64,000 nt of DNA, taken from the NCBI RefSeq assembly GCF_044704955.1, contig NC_091982.1, positions 106,330,001-106,394,000 on the forward strand, in the 5' to 3' direction. Under the pieces are notes generated by a model. It saw nothing but the letters and a program-made list of their open reading frames with translations, did not search any database and was not told where the DNA came from. Source of the stretch: Pristiophorus japonicus. Its lineage: Eukaryota. This document shows positions 36,895-49,680 of this stretch, one piece after another; position 1 is the first letter of the stretch; every line of letters starts with the position of its first letter. Position numbers and translations under genes: made by a program.

Positions 36895-39800
36895 TCCACG
36901 ATGCTGAGAATGACGTGAGTATCACGTGTAGCGAGTTGGTCGTACCGCAGGGAAAGGGTCCACAGCCAGATAGGGAATGGAAGACCAACAGGAAGAGCAG
37001 TGCAAGGAAGGTAGTGCAGGGGTCCCCTGTGGTCATCCCCCTGCAAAACAGATACACTGCTTTGGGTAATGTTGAGGGGGATGACTCATCAGGGGAAGGC
37101 AGCAGCAGCCAAGTTCATGGCACCGTGGCTGGCTCTGCTGCACAGGCGGGCAGGAAAAAGAGTGGGAGAGCGATAGTGATAGGGGATTCAATTTTAAGGG
37201 GAATAGATAGGCGTTTCCGCGGCCGCAACCGAGACTCCAGGGTGGTATGTTGCCTCCCTGGTGCAAGGGTCAAGGATGTCTCGGAGCAGGTGCAGGACAT
37301 TCTAAAAAGGGAGGGAGATCAGCCAGTTGTCGTGGTGCACATTGGTACCAATGACATAGGGAAAAAAAGGGATGAGGTCCTACGAAACGAATTTAAGGAG
37401 CTAGGAGCTAAATTAAAAAGTAGGACCTCAAAAGTAGTAATCTCAGGATTGCTACCAGTGCCACGTGCTAGTCAGAGTAGGAATCGCAGGATAGCGCAGA
37501 TGAATACGTGGCTTGAGCAGTGGTGCAGCAGAGAGGGATTCAAATTCCTGGGGCATTGGAACCGGTACTGGGGGAGGTGGGACCAGTACAAACTGGACGG
37601 TCTGCATCTGAGCAGGACCGGAACCAATGTCCTAGGGGGAGTGTTTGCTAGTGCTGTTGGGGAGGAGTTAAACTAATATGGCAGGGGGATGGGAACCAAT
37701 GCAGGGAGACAGAGGGAAACAAAAAGGAGGCAAAAGCAAAAGACAGAAAGGAGATGAGGAAAAGTGGAGGGCAGAGAAAGCCAAGGCAAAGAACAAAAAG
37801 GGCCATTGTACAGCAAAATTCTAAAAGGACAAAGGTTGTTAAAAAAACAAGCCTGAAGGCTTTGTGGCTTAATGCAAGGAGCATCCGCAATAAGGTGGAT
37901 GAATTAACTGTGCAAATAGATGTTAACAAATATGATGTGATTGGGATTACGGAGACGTGGCTCAGGATGATGAGGGCTGGGAACTCAACATGCAGGGGTA
38001 TTCAACATTCAGGAAAGATAGAATAAAAGGAAAAGGAGGTGGGGTAGCATTGCTGGTTAAGGAGGAAATTAAGGCAATAGTTCGGAAGGACATTAGCTTG
38101 GATGATGTGGAATCTATATGGGTAGAGTTGCAGAACACCAAAGGGCAAAAAACGTTAGTGGGAGTTGTATACAGACCTGCAAACAGTAGTAGTGATGTTG
38201 GGGAGAGCATCAAACATGAAATTAGGAGTGCATGCAATAAAGGTGCAGCAGTTATAATGGGTGACTTTAATATGCACATAGATTGGGTTAACCAAGCTGG
38301 AAGCAATACGGTGGAGGAGGATTTCCTGGAGTGCATAAGGGATGGTTTTTTAGACCAATATGTCGAGGAACTAACTAGGGGGGAGGCCATCTTAGACTGG
38401 GTGTTGTGTAATGAGAGAGGATTAATTAGCAATCTCGTTGTGCAAGGCCCCTTGGGGAAGAGTGACCATAATATGGTGGAATTCTGCATTAGGATGGAGA
38501 ATGAAACAGTTAATTCAGAGACCATGGTCCAGAACTTAAAGAAGGCTAACTTTGAAGGTATGAGGCGTGAATTGGCTAGGATAGATTGGCGAATGATACT
38601 TAAGGGGTTGACTGTGGATGGGCAATGGCAGACATTTAGAGACCACATGGATGAACTACAACAATTGTACATTCCTGTCTGGCGTAAAAATAAAAAAGGA
38701 AAGGTGGCTCAACCGTGGCTATCAAGGGAAATCAGGTATAGTATTAAAGCCAAGGAAGTGGCATACAAATTGGCCAGAAATAGCAACGAATCCGGGGACT
38801 GGGAGAAATTTAGAACTCAGCAGAGGAGGACAAAGGGTTTGATTAGGGCAGGGAAAATCGAGTATGAGAGGAAGCTTGCAGGGGAACATTAAGACGGATT
38901 GCAAAAGTTTCTATAGATATGTAAAGAGAAAAAGGTTAGTAAAGATAAACGTAGGTCCCCTGCAGTCAGAATCAGGGGAAGTCATAACGGGGAACAAAGA
39001 AATGGCAGACCAATTGAACAAATACTTTGATTCGGTATTCACTAAGGAGGACACAAACTACCTTCCGGATATAAAAGGGGTCGGAGGGTCTAGTAAGGAG
39101 GAGGAACTGAGGGAAATTCTTATTAATCGGGAAATTGTGTTGGGGAAATTGATGGGATTGAAGGCCGATAAATCCCCAGGGCCTGATGGACTGCATCCCA
39201 GAGTACTTAAGGAGGTGGCCTTGGAAATAGTGGATGCATTGACAGTCATTTTCCAACATTCCATTGATTCTGGATCAGTTCCTATGGAGTGGAGGGTAGC
39301 CAATGTAACCCCACTTTTTAAAAAAGGAGGGAGAGAGATAACAGGGAATTATAGACCGGTCAGCCTGACATCGGTAGTGGGTAAAATGATGGAATCAATT
39401 ATTAAGGATGTCATAGCAGTGCATTTGGAAAGAGGTGACATGATAGATCCAAGTCAGCATGGATTTGTGAAAGGGAAATCATGCTTGACAAATCTTCTGG
39501 AATGTTTTGAGGATGTTTCCAGTAGAGTGGACAAGGGAGAACCAGTTGATGTGATATATTTGGACTTTCAGAAGGCTTTCGACAAGGTCCCACACAAGAG
39601 ATTAATGTGCAAAGTTAAAGCACATGGGATTGGGGGTAGTGTGTTGACATGGATTGAGAACTGGTTGTCAAACAGGAAGCAAAGAGTAGGATTAAATGGA
39701 GACTTTTCAGAATGGCAGGCAGTGACTAGTGGGGTACCGCAAGGTTCTGTGCTGGGGCCCCAGCTGTTTACACTGTACATTAATGATTTAGACGAGGGGA

Positions 39801-40757
39801 TTAAATGTAGTATCTCCAAATTTGCGGATGACACTAAGTTGGGTGGCAGTGTGAGCTGCGAGGAGGATACTATGAGGCTGCAGAGCGACTTGGATAGGTT
39901 AGGTGAGTGGGCAAATGCATGGCAGATGAAGTATAATGTGGATAAATGTGAGGTTATCCACTTTGGTGGTAAAAACAGAGAGACAGACTATTATCTGAAT
40001 GGTGACAGATTAGGAAAAGGGGAGGTGCAACGAGACCTGGGTGTCATGGTACATCAGTCATTGAAGGTTGGCATGCAGGTACAGCAGGCGGTTAAGAAAG
40101 CAAATGGCATGTTGGCCTTCATAGCGAGGGGATTTGAGTACAGGGGCAGGGAGGTGTTGCTACAGTTGTACAGGGCCTTGGTGAGGCCACACCTGGAGTA
40201 TTGTGTACAGTTTTGGTCTCCTAACCTGAAGAAGGACATTCTTGCTATTGAGGGAGTGCAGCGAAGGTTCACTAGACTGATTCCCGGGATGGCGGGACTG
40301 ACCTATCAAGAAAGACTGGATCAACTGGGCTTGTATTCGCTGGAGTTCAGAAGAATGAGAGGGGACCTCATAGAAACGTTTAAAATTCTGATGGGGTTAG
40401 ACAGGTTAGATGCAGGAAGAATGTTCACAATGTTGGGGAAGTCCAGAACCAGGGGACACAGTCTAAGGATAAGGGGTAAGCCATTTAGGACCGAGATGAG
40501 GAGGAATTTCTTCACCCAGAGAGTGGTGAACCTGTGGAATTCTCTACCACAGAAAGTTGTTGAGGCCAATTCACTAAATATATTCAAAAAGGAGTTAGAT
40601 GAAGTCCTTACTACTCGGGGGATCAAGGGGTATGGCGAGAAAGCAGGAATGGGGTTCTGAAGTTGCATGTTCAGCCATGAACTCATTGAATGGCGGTGCA
40701 GGCTAGAAGGGCCGAATGGCCTACTCCTGCACCTATTTTCTTTGTTTCTATGTTTCT
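36895..40757 (+). mobile_element. CR1 LINE (5'-truncated in ORF1; ORF2 nearly intact) inserted in ERV 3' LTR
   Basis: ORF1 esterase to 37676; ORF2 37957..38892 and 38864..40660 (598 aa RT); (TTTCTATG)n tail; LTR ctcagta|agaacaaagacc split at the junctions. Confidence 0.95.
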
Positions 40758-40866
40758 AGAACAAAGACCTGGCTTGAAGCCAAGCAGTTTGTTGCTCTCT
40801 GCCAGTATTAAAAAGTTAAAACTACCATCGGAGTTCGTATTTCATTGGAAATTAAGAGATCTAACA

Positions 40867-42080
40867 ACCACTGAGTCCTCTGATGACTGGGGGTAGGTTG
40901 GTTGGTTGTCGATTTTCTCTTCCTCCGACTGTTCCGGTTCATCTGTGTGCCGCAGCTTTGTCTGATCCATATGTTTTCTGCGTGTTAGCCCATTTTTGAG
41001 CTTGACAATAAATATTCTGTTGCCCTCCTTGGCCATGATAGTACCAGCGATCCACTTGGGACCCTGACCATAATTCAGAACATATACAGGATCATTTACA
41101 GAAATATCGCATGAAGCAGCTGCGTGATCGTGATACCCTTGCTGACTTTGTCTTCTATATTCATCATGATTATTCAAGTCAGGCTGTACAAGAGATAGCT
41201 TGGTCTTAAAACCTCTCTTCATCATTAGTTCAGCAGGCGAGACCACGGTAAGCGTGTGTAGTCTTGTCCTGTAACTAAGCCGTATGCATGACAGGCGGGT
41301 CTGCAGTGACCCTTGGGTTACTCGTTTCATACTCTGCTTTATTATTTGGACAGCACGTTCGGCTTGTCCATTGGATGCAGGTTTGAATGGTGCTGACATT
41401 ATATGTTTGATACCATTGAGTTTCATGAACTTTTGAAACTCCTGATTGGTGAAGCACGATCCGTTGTCGCTAACAACGATGTCAGGCAGACCATGTGTCG
41501 CAAGCATGACACTGAGATTCTCAATGGTAGCTGTGGATGTGCTGGATGACATGATTATACACTCTATCCACTTTGAATATGCACCACAACTAAAAACATC
41601 TTCCCCAGGAAGGGACTTGCAAAATCTATGTGGATCCTGGGCCATGGTTTGGATGGCCATGGCCAGAGACTCAGCGACGATTCCGCTGGTGCTTTGCTGA
41701 GCTGCATGCAAGTGTTGCACTGATGCACACATGATTCCAGCTCCGAGTCAATTCCCGGCCACCATACATGAGACCTGGCGATGGCTTTCATCATTACAAT
41801 GCTGGGATGTGTGCTCAAGTACAAATTTCTGTCTCCCTTTCTTGGGCATAACAACACGATTGCTCCACAGTATACAATCTGACTGAATAAACAGTTCGAC
41901 TTTGCGTCGAATGTAAGGTTTGGTCTCCTCGTACATTTGCTTGGGTATGGCAGACCAATCACCTTTGAGGATGCAACTCTTCACCACCGATAAAATCGGG
42001 TCCTGGCTGGTCCAGGTCTTAACTTGTTAAGCTGTGACAGGGGTTCCTTCACTCTCAAAAGCATCCATAACTAACAATAG
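40867..42080 (-). pseudogene. pol: Element D integrase (frameshifted)
   Basis: ARSHVWWPGID..CNTC, PWPRIHIDFASP, VVSDNGSCF, PASNGQAERAVQ; closely similar to element A IN. Confidence 0.92.
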
Positions 42081-45051
42081 CAAAAACGCAAAAAATAAAA
42101 AGGGCCACATTACAGCAAAATCCTAAAGGGGCAAAGGGTGTAAAAAGACAAGCCTGAAGGCTCTGTGCCTCAATGCGAGGAGTATTCGTAATAAGGTGGA
42201 TGAATTAACTGCGCAGATAGCAGTTAACGGATATGAAGTAATTGGCATCACGGAGACATGGCTCCACTGTGACCAAGACTGGGAACTCAACATCCAGGGG
42301 TATTCAACATTTAGGAAGGATAGACAGAAAAGAAAAGGAGGTGGGGTGGCATTGCTGGTTAAAGAGGAAATTAATGCAAGAGTAAGGAAGGACATTAGCT
42401 TGGATGATGTAGAATCTGTATGGGTGGAGCTACGGAATACCAAAGGGCAGAAAACGCTAGTGGGAGTTGTGTACAAACCACCAAACAGTAGTAATGAGGA
42501 TGGGGACAGCATCAAACAAGAAATTAGGGATGCGTGCAATAAAGGTACAGCAGTTATCATGGGCGACTTCAATCTACATATTGACTGGGCTAACCAAACT
42601 GGTAGCAATGCGGTGGAGGAGGATTTCCTGGAGTGTATTAGGGATTCCAGACCAATATGTCGAGGAACCAACTAGAGGGCTGACCATCCTAGACTGGGTG
42701 ATGTGTAACAAGGAAGGACTAATTAGCAATCTTGTTGTGCGAGGCCCCTTGTGGAAGAATGATCATAAAATGGTAGAATTCCTTATTGAGATGGAGAGTG
42801 ACACAGTTAATTCAGAGTTAGGACTAGGGTCCTGAACTTAAGGAAAGGTAAATTCGATGGTATGAGACGTGAATTGGCTAGAATGGACCGATGATACTTG
42901 AAGGGTTGACGGTGGATAGGCAATGACAAACATTTAAAGATCACATGGATGAACTTCAGCAATTGTACATCCCTGTCTGGAGTAAAAATAAAACGGGGAA
43001 GGTGGCTCAACCGTGGCTAACAAGGAAAATTATGGATAGTCTTAAATCCAAGGAAGAGGCATATAAATTGGCCAGAAAAAGCAACAAACCTGAGGACTGG
43101 GAGAATTTTGTAATACAGCAGAGGAGGACAAAGGGTTTAATTAGGAGGGGGAAAATAGAGTATAAGAGGAAGCTTGCCCGGAACATAAAAAATGACTGCA
43201 AAACCTTCTATAGATGTGTGAAGAGAAAAAGATTAATGAAAACAAACGTAGGTGCCTTGCAGTCAGATTCAGGTGAATTTATAATGGGGAACAAAGAAAT
43301 GGCAGACCAGTTAAAAAAATACTTTGGTTCTGCTTTCACGAAGGAAGACACAAATAACCTTCCGGAAATACTAGGGGACCGAGGGTCTAGTGAGAAGGAG
43401 GAACTGAAGGATATCCTTATAAAGCGCGAAATTGTGTTAGCAAAATTGATGGGATTGAAGCCCGATAAGTCCCCGGAGCCTGATAGTCTGCATCCCAGAG
43501 TACTTAAGGAAGTGGTCCTAGAAATAGTGGATGCATTGGTGATCATTTTCCAACAGTCTATCGACTCTGGATCAGTTCCTATGGACTGGAGGGTAGCTAA
43601 TGTAACACCACTGTTTAAAAAAGGAAGGAGAGAGAAAACGGGTAATTATAGACCGGTTAGCCTGACATTAGTAGTGGGGAAAATGTTGGAATCAATTATT
43701 AAAGATGAAATAGCAGCGCATTTGGAAAGCAGTGACAGGATCGGTCCAAGTCAGTATGGATTTATGAAAGGGAAATCATGCTTGACAAATCTTCTCGAAT
43801 TTTTTGAGGATGTAACTAGTAGAATGGACAAGGGAGAACCAATGGATGTGGTGTATTTGGACTTTCAAAAAGCTTTTGACAAGGTCCCACACAAGAGATT
43901 GTTGTGCAAAATCAAAGCACATAGTATTGGTGGTAATGTACTGACATGGATAGAGAACTGGTTGGCAGACAGGAAGCAGAGAGTCGGGATAAACGGGTCC
44001 TTTTCAGAATGGCAGGCAGTGACTAGTGGGGTGCCGCAGGGCTCAGTGCTGGGACCTCAGCTCTTTACAATATACATTAATGATTTAGATGAAGGAATTG
44101 AGTGTAATATCTCCAAGTTTGCAGATGACACTAAACTGAGTGGCGGTGTGAGCTGTGAGGAGGACACTAAGAGGCTGCAGGTTGACTTGGACAGGTTAGG
44201 TGAGTGGGCAAATGCATGGCAGATGCAGTATAATGTGGATAAATGTGAGGTTATCCACTTTGGTAGCAAAAACACGAAGGAGAATATTATCTGAATGGCG
44301 GCAGATTAGGAAAGGCGGAGGTGCAACGAGACCTGGGTGTCATGGTTCATCAGTCATTGAAAGTTGACATGCAGGTACAGCAGGCGGTGAAGAAGACAAA
44401 TGGTATGTTGGCCTTCATAGCTGGGGGATTTGAGTATAGGAGCAGGGAGGTCTTACTGCAGTTGTACAGGGCCTTGGTGAGGCCTCACCTGGAATATTGT
44501 GTTCAGTTTTGGTCTCCTAATCTGAGGAAGGACATTCTTGCTATTGAGGGAGTGCAGCGAAGGTTTATCAGACTGATTCCCCGGATAGCGTGACTGACAT
44601 ATGAGGAGAGACTGGATCAACTGGGCCTTTATACACTGGAGTTTAGAAGGATTAGAGGGAATCTCATAGAAACTTATAAGATTTTGACGGGACTGGACAG
44701 GTTTGATGTGGGAAGAATGTTCCCGATAATGAGGAAGTCCAGAACCAGGGGACACAGTTTTAGGATAAGGGGTAGGCCATTTAGGACTGAGATGAGGAGA
44801 AACGTCTTCACTCAGAGAGTTGTTAACCTGTTGAATTCCCTACTGCAGAGAGTTGTTGATGCCAGTTGATTGGCTATATTCAAGAGGGAGTTAGATATGG
44901 CCCTTACGGCTAAAGGGATCAAGGGGTATGGAGTGAAAGCAGGAAAGGGGTAATGAGGGAATGATCAGCCATGATCTTATTGAATGGTGGTGCAGGCTTG
45001 AGGGACAGAATGGCCTACTCCTGCACCTATTTTCTATGTTTCTATGTTTCT
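42081..45051 (+). mobile_element. CR1 LINE (ORF2 only, decayed) inserted in element D RH-IN linker
   Basis: APE and RT ORFs 42196..44869; (TTTCTATG)n tail; TSD AATAG (42076-42080, 45052-45056). Confidence 0.93.
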
Positions 45052-46412
45052 AATAGGTCCACCGGTTGTGGCGTTTCCACTTCCGGTGTGGGCAACGGCA
45101 GACGGCTCAAGGGATCGGCACAACTCTTGGTGCCAGGTCTATGGCGAATGACATAATCATAAGCGGATAATGTCAGCGCCCACCTCTGGATGTGGGATGA
45201 AGCATTGGTATTGATACCTTTGTTCTGAGAGAATAGTGAAATGAACGGCTTGTGATCTGTCTCCAGTTCAAATCGAAGACGAAACAGCTACTGATGGTCC
45301 TTTTAACCCCATACACACAGGCTAGTGCTCACAAAGTCTGCTGAATCTTCTCCTTCCACAAATCGCTCCAACAATCCAAATGTGCTCATTTTTGCATGCA
45401 AAGGTTCTTATTGCCTCGTCACCAAATGTTGTGTATGCAATAACTGTTCGACTGAGTACTGTTTAACTCCAAGAGGTATGACCTTGGCTCTGCTTTATTA
45501 TAGCCCAAAGTGACGAATATACAAAATGGCTGGCCTTTTATACTTGGGCTCCAACAGTGATGCCATCTCGTGGCTAGTGATCCAAAAAGTATATACATGA
45601 CATAATGGAACAATGTTTTCAAAAAAATGAGCTGTTTAGAATTATGTGTGTTTGATCCATCATATATTATGCAGACTTCTCACTGAGCACTTTAGTTTAT
45701 TACTGTTCGGTTGTCAATTAGTTTCACTGAAAGAGCTGTATTATATCATACAAGTGCATTTTTGGGGCAAACTAAGCTCAGACAATAAGTTGAATTGTAC
45801 TTATCTGAATCCAAAGTTGAGCCTTTGTTAAGATTAGAACAAGACACATGGCTCCGAGTGGGTCAGAAGAGTTGGTCTCACGACTCTATGGGACAGGATA
45901 GATGGATCAGTTGTTTGTGTTCCTGTCCGATATTTTTGTATATTTGTATAACAGCCCTGGTTGCTGATCTCTGCTCAAGGCACTGAAGTTAATAATTGCG
46001 TTCCTACTCTCTGGCACAGCTAGGAAGTAGAAACATTGGCCAGGGTTTCTGAGATTGTTCACTATTGTGTGCATATGTGGAATCGAGCTCAGCTGTGATG
46101 CCTTACCTAGTGCAATCTCCTGCCTAGGCTGACACATCAGCAATGGCCTCCCTGGTGACATATGAGAGGATGGCAGTGACCATGGAACTGTATCCCATCC
46201 TGGCTCAGCACCTTCAGGAGTAGAGGAAAGAGAGGAGAGGGGAACAAAAATCAAATGAGCTAATTTGCTCTTTACTCTGCTAATTATCTATTTATTTATG
46301 TTTTTAAACATTACTTTTGCCTGATGCGGTATGACTTAGGCTTCCCCCTGAAACTGGTCCTGGCCTAATCCCGGAAGTGCCACTATGAAGCTTCCCTGAG
46401 CGCGCTTGTGTT

Positions 46413-46606
46413 AGGTGTCAACCTTAGCTCAGTCGGTAGCTCGATCATCTCTGTCAGGAGTTTGTGGGTTCAAGTACCACTTCTGAGACTGGAGCACACA
46501 ATCCAGACCGACACTCCAGTGTAGTCCTGAGGGAGCGCTGCACTGTTGGAGGTACCGTCTTTCGGCTGAGGTATCGAACCACGGCCCCAGCTATGTTCAT
46601 CCTCTC
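46413..46606 (+). mobile_element. tRNA-derived SINE 5' part (SacSINE1-like)
   Basis: aggtgtcaaccttagctcagtcggtagc (A box) ... gggttcaagtaccac (B box); homologous to the 5' end of the 59905-60323 copy. Confidence 0.7.
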
Positions 46607-48475
46607 GAATGTTTATTTTGCCAATATTGAATGGCGACGATAAAGTCCATCCAATATCCTTAGCAATGAATGTGCTCATTTCAGCTAACTGAACTTGGGA
46701 TAATCCCAATATAAATAACCACATTAACTTGCAACTTTGCTAATGTGTCTAGGGTTGAGCTGCTGTGTGCTCCCCATAAAAAACCTTGGGTGACATAGAA
46801 ACATAGAAACATAGAAAATAGGTGCAGGAGTAGGCCATTCGGCCCTTCGAGCCTGCACCACCATTCAATATGATCATGGCTGATCATTCACCTCAGTACC
46901 CCTTTCCTGCTTCCTCTCCCTATCCCTTGATCCCTTTAGCCGTAAGGGCCATATCTAACTCCCTCTTGAATATATCCAATGAACTGGCATCTACAACTCT
47001 CTGCGGTAGGGAATTCCACAGGTTAACAACTCTCTGGATGAAGAAGTTTCTCCTCATCTCAGTTCTAAATGGCTTACCCCTTATCCTTAGACTATGTCCC
47101 CTGGTACTGGACTTCCCCAACATCGGGAACATTCTTCCTGCATCTAACATGTCCAGTCCCGTCAGAATCTTATAAGTTTCTATGAGATCCCCTCTCATCC
47201 TTCTAAACTCCAGTGAATGCAGGCCTAGTCGATCCAGTCTCTTCTCATATATCAGTCATGTCATCCCGGGAATCAGTCTGGTGAACCTTCGCTGCACTCC
47301 CTCAATAGCAAGAACATCCTTCTTCACATTAGGAGACCAAAACTGAACACAATATTCCAGGTGAGGCCTCACTAAGGCCCTGTACAATTGCAGTAAGACC
47401 TCCCTGCTCCTATACTCAAATCCCCTAGCTATGAAGGCCAACATACCATTTGCCTTCTTCACCGCCTGCTGAACCTGCATGCCAACTTTCAATGACTGAT
47501 GTACCATGACATCCAGGTCTCGCTGCACCTCCCCTTTTCCTAATCTACCACCATTCAGATAATATTCTGCCTTCGTGTTTTTGCCACCAAAGTGAATAAC
47601 CTCACATTTATCCACATTATACTGCATCCGCCACGCGTTTGCCCACTCACCTAACCTCTGCAGCCTCTTAGCGTCCACCTCACAGCTCACACTGCCAACC
47701 AGCTTAGTGTCATCTGCAAACTTGGAGATATTACACTCAATTCCCTCATCCAAATCATTAATGTATTTTATAAATAGCTGGGGTCCAAGCACTGAGCCCT
47801 GCGTTACCCCACTAGTCACTGCCTGCCATTCTGAAAAGGACCCGTTTATCCCGACTCTGCTTCCTGTCTGCCAACCAGTTCTCTATCCACGTCAGTACAT
47901 TATCCCCAATACCATGTGCTTTGATTTTGCACACCTATCTCTTGTGTGGGACCTTGTCAAAAGCCATTTGAAAGTCCAAATACACCACATCCACTGGTTC
48001 TCCCTTGTCCACTCTACCATTACATACTCAAAAAATTCTACAAGATTTGTCAAGCAGGATTTCCCTTTCATAAATCCATGCTGACTTGGACCAATCCTGT
48101 CACTGCTTTCCAAATGCACTGCTATTTCATCTTTAATAATTGATTCCAACATTTTCCCCACTACTGATGTCAGGCTAACCGGTCTATAATTGCCCGTTTT
48201 CTCTCTTCCTCCTTTTTAAAAAAGTCGTGTTACATCAGCTACCTTCCAGTCCATAGGAACCGATCCATAGTCGATAGACTGTTGGAAAATGATCACCAAT
48301 GCAACCACTATTTCTAGGGCTACCTCCTTAAGTACTCTGGGATGCAGACTATCAGGCCCAGGGGATTTATCGGCCTTCAATCCCATCAATTTCCCGAACA
48401 CAATTTTCCGCCTAATAAGGATTTCCTGCAGTTCCTCCTTCTCACAAGACTTTCGGTTCCCGAGTATTTACGGAA

Positions 48476-49027
48476 ATTTCCGGATCCTGCAAATCCCCTG
48501 GGAGGACAGATGCATAAGCATTAGCATCCTCGTGCAGGCCAACATCCCCAGCATTGAAGCACTGACCACACTTGATCAGCTCTGCTGGGCAGGCCACGTA
48601 GTTCGCATGCCAGACACGAGACTCCCAAAGCAAGCGCTCTACTCGGAACTCGTCCACAGCAAACGAGCCGAAGGCGGGCAGAGGAAACGTTACAAGGACA
48701 CCCTCAAAGAATCCCTGATAAAGTGCGATATCTCCACTGACACCTGGGAGTCCTTGACCATAGACCGCACTAAGTGGAGGAAGTGCATTCGGGAGAGCGC
48801 TGAGCTCCTCGAGTATCATCGCCGAGAGCATTCAGAAATCAAGCGCAGGCAGCGGAAGGAGCATGCGGCAAACTAGGCTCCCTGCCCACCCTTTCCCTCA
48901 ACAACTATCTGTCCCACCTGTGACAGAAACTGTGGTTCTCATATTGGACTGTACAGCCACCTAAGAACTCATGCTAAGAGTGGAAGCAAGTCTTCCTCGA
49001 TCCCGAGGGACTGCCTATGATGATGAT
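48476..49027 (+). mobile_element. RTE LINE 3' fragment nested in CR1
   Basis: ILQIPWED..QLCWAGHVVRMPDTRLPK; (TGA)n tail; ~14-bp TSD gagtatttacggaa/gagtatttcccgaa. Confidence 0.92.
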
Positions 49028-49433
49028 GAGTATTTCCCGAAGGTTATTTGTGTCTTCCTTCATGAAGACAGAACCAAAGTATTTTTTTAACTGATCCGCC
49101 ATTTCTTTGTTCCCCATTATAAATTCACCTGAATCTGACTGCAAGGGACCTACGTTTGTTTTCACTAATCTTTTTCTCTTCACATATCTATAGAAGCTTT
49201 TGCAGTCAGTTTTTATGTTCCGGGCAAGCTTCCTCTCATACTCTATTTTCCCCCTCCTAATTAAATCCTTTGTCCTCCTCTGCTGTATTACAAAATTCTT
49301 CCAGTCCTCAGGTTTGCTGCTTTTTCTGGCCAAATTATATATGCCTCTTTCTTGAATTTAGCTCTATCCTTAATTTCCCTTGGTTGAGCCACCTTCCCCG
49401 TTTTATTTTTACTCCAGACAGGCATGTACAATT

Positions 49434-49680
49434 TGTAAAGTCCTTACTCTACAGCATGAAACCACATGAGGCACATTCCAGGGACAAGGCCACTCTGTGA
49501 CTTTAGCTCTTTATTACAAAACTCCAGAAGTGATGACTCTGCGTGGGACCTCCCTTTATATACCTGTGTGATCAGGTAAGGAGTATCTCCCACAAGTTCA
49601 CCTCCTGTGGTCAAGGTGTGCATTTAAGTTGAGTGTTTACAGTAATACAATGGTGTTACATTGTAGTTACAAACATGACA
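49434..49680 (-). mobile_element. Gypsy-type solo LTR (247 bp) nested in CR1
   Basis: tgtaaag...acatgaca; TSD CAATT (49429-49433, 49681-49685); minus-strand TATA and AATAAA; terminus shared with the A, C and D LTRs. Confidence 0.9.

Larger units (their letters stand above)
30516..40866 (+). mobile_element. Endogenous retrovirus provirus, gag-pol near complete, env largely deleted
   Basis: LTRs 30516-30874 and 36643-40866 (split by CR1); TSD ACCAC (30511-30515, 40867-40871); PBS 30879; PPT aaaagggggg 36631-36640. Confidence 0.95.
30076..45602 (-). mobile_element. Gypsy (Mag-like) element D, internally deleted (gag N-terminus joined to RNase H), host to ERV and CR1
   Basis: LTRs 30076-30281 and 45427-45602; TSD TAATG (30071-30075, 45603-45607); PBS TGGTGACGAG at 45415-45424(-); RH 45052-45325; IN 40867-42080; 3' end 30282-30515. 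Confidence 0.93.

Noticed and set aside
37962-38672. Long antisense ORFs over CR1 (also 42123..42671, 49792..50343)
   Set aside because: Shadow frames of CR1 ORF2 with no independent motifs
46413-46490. tRNA gene
   Set aside because: A/B boxes belong to a decayed SINE head; no full cloverleaf
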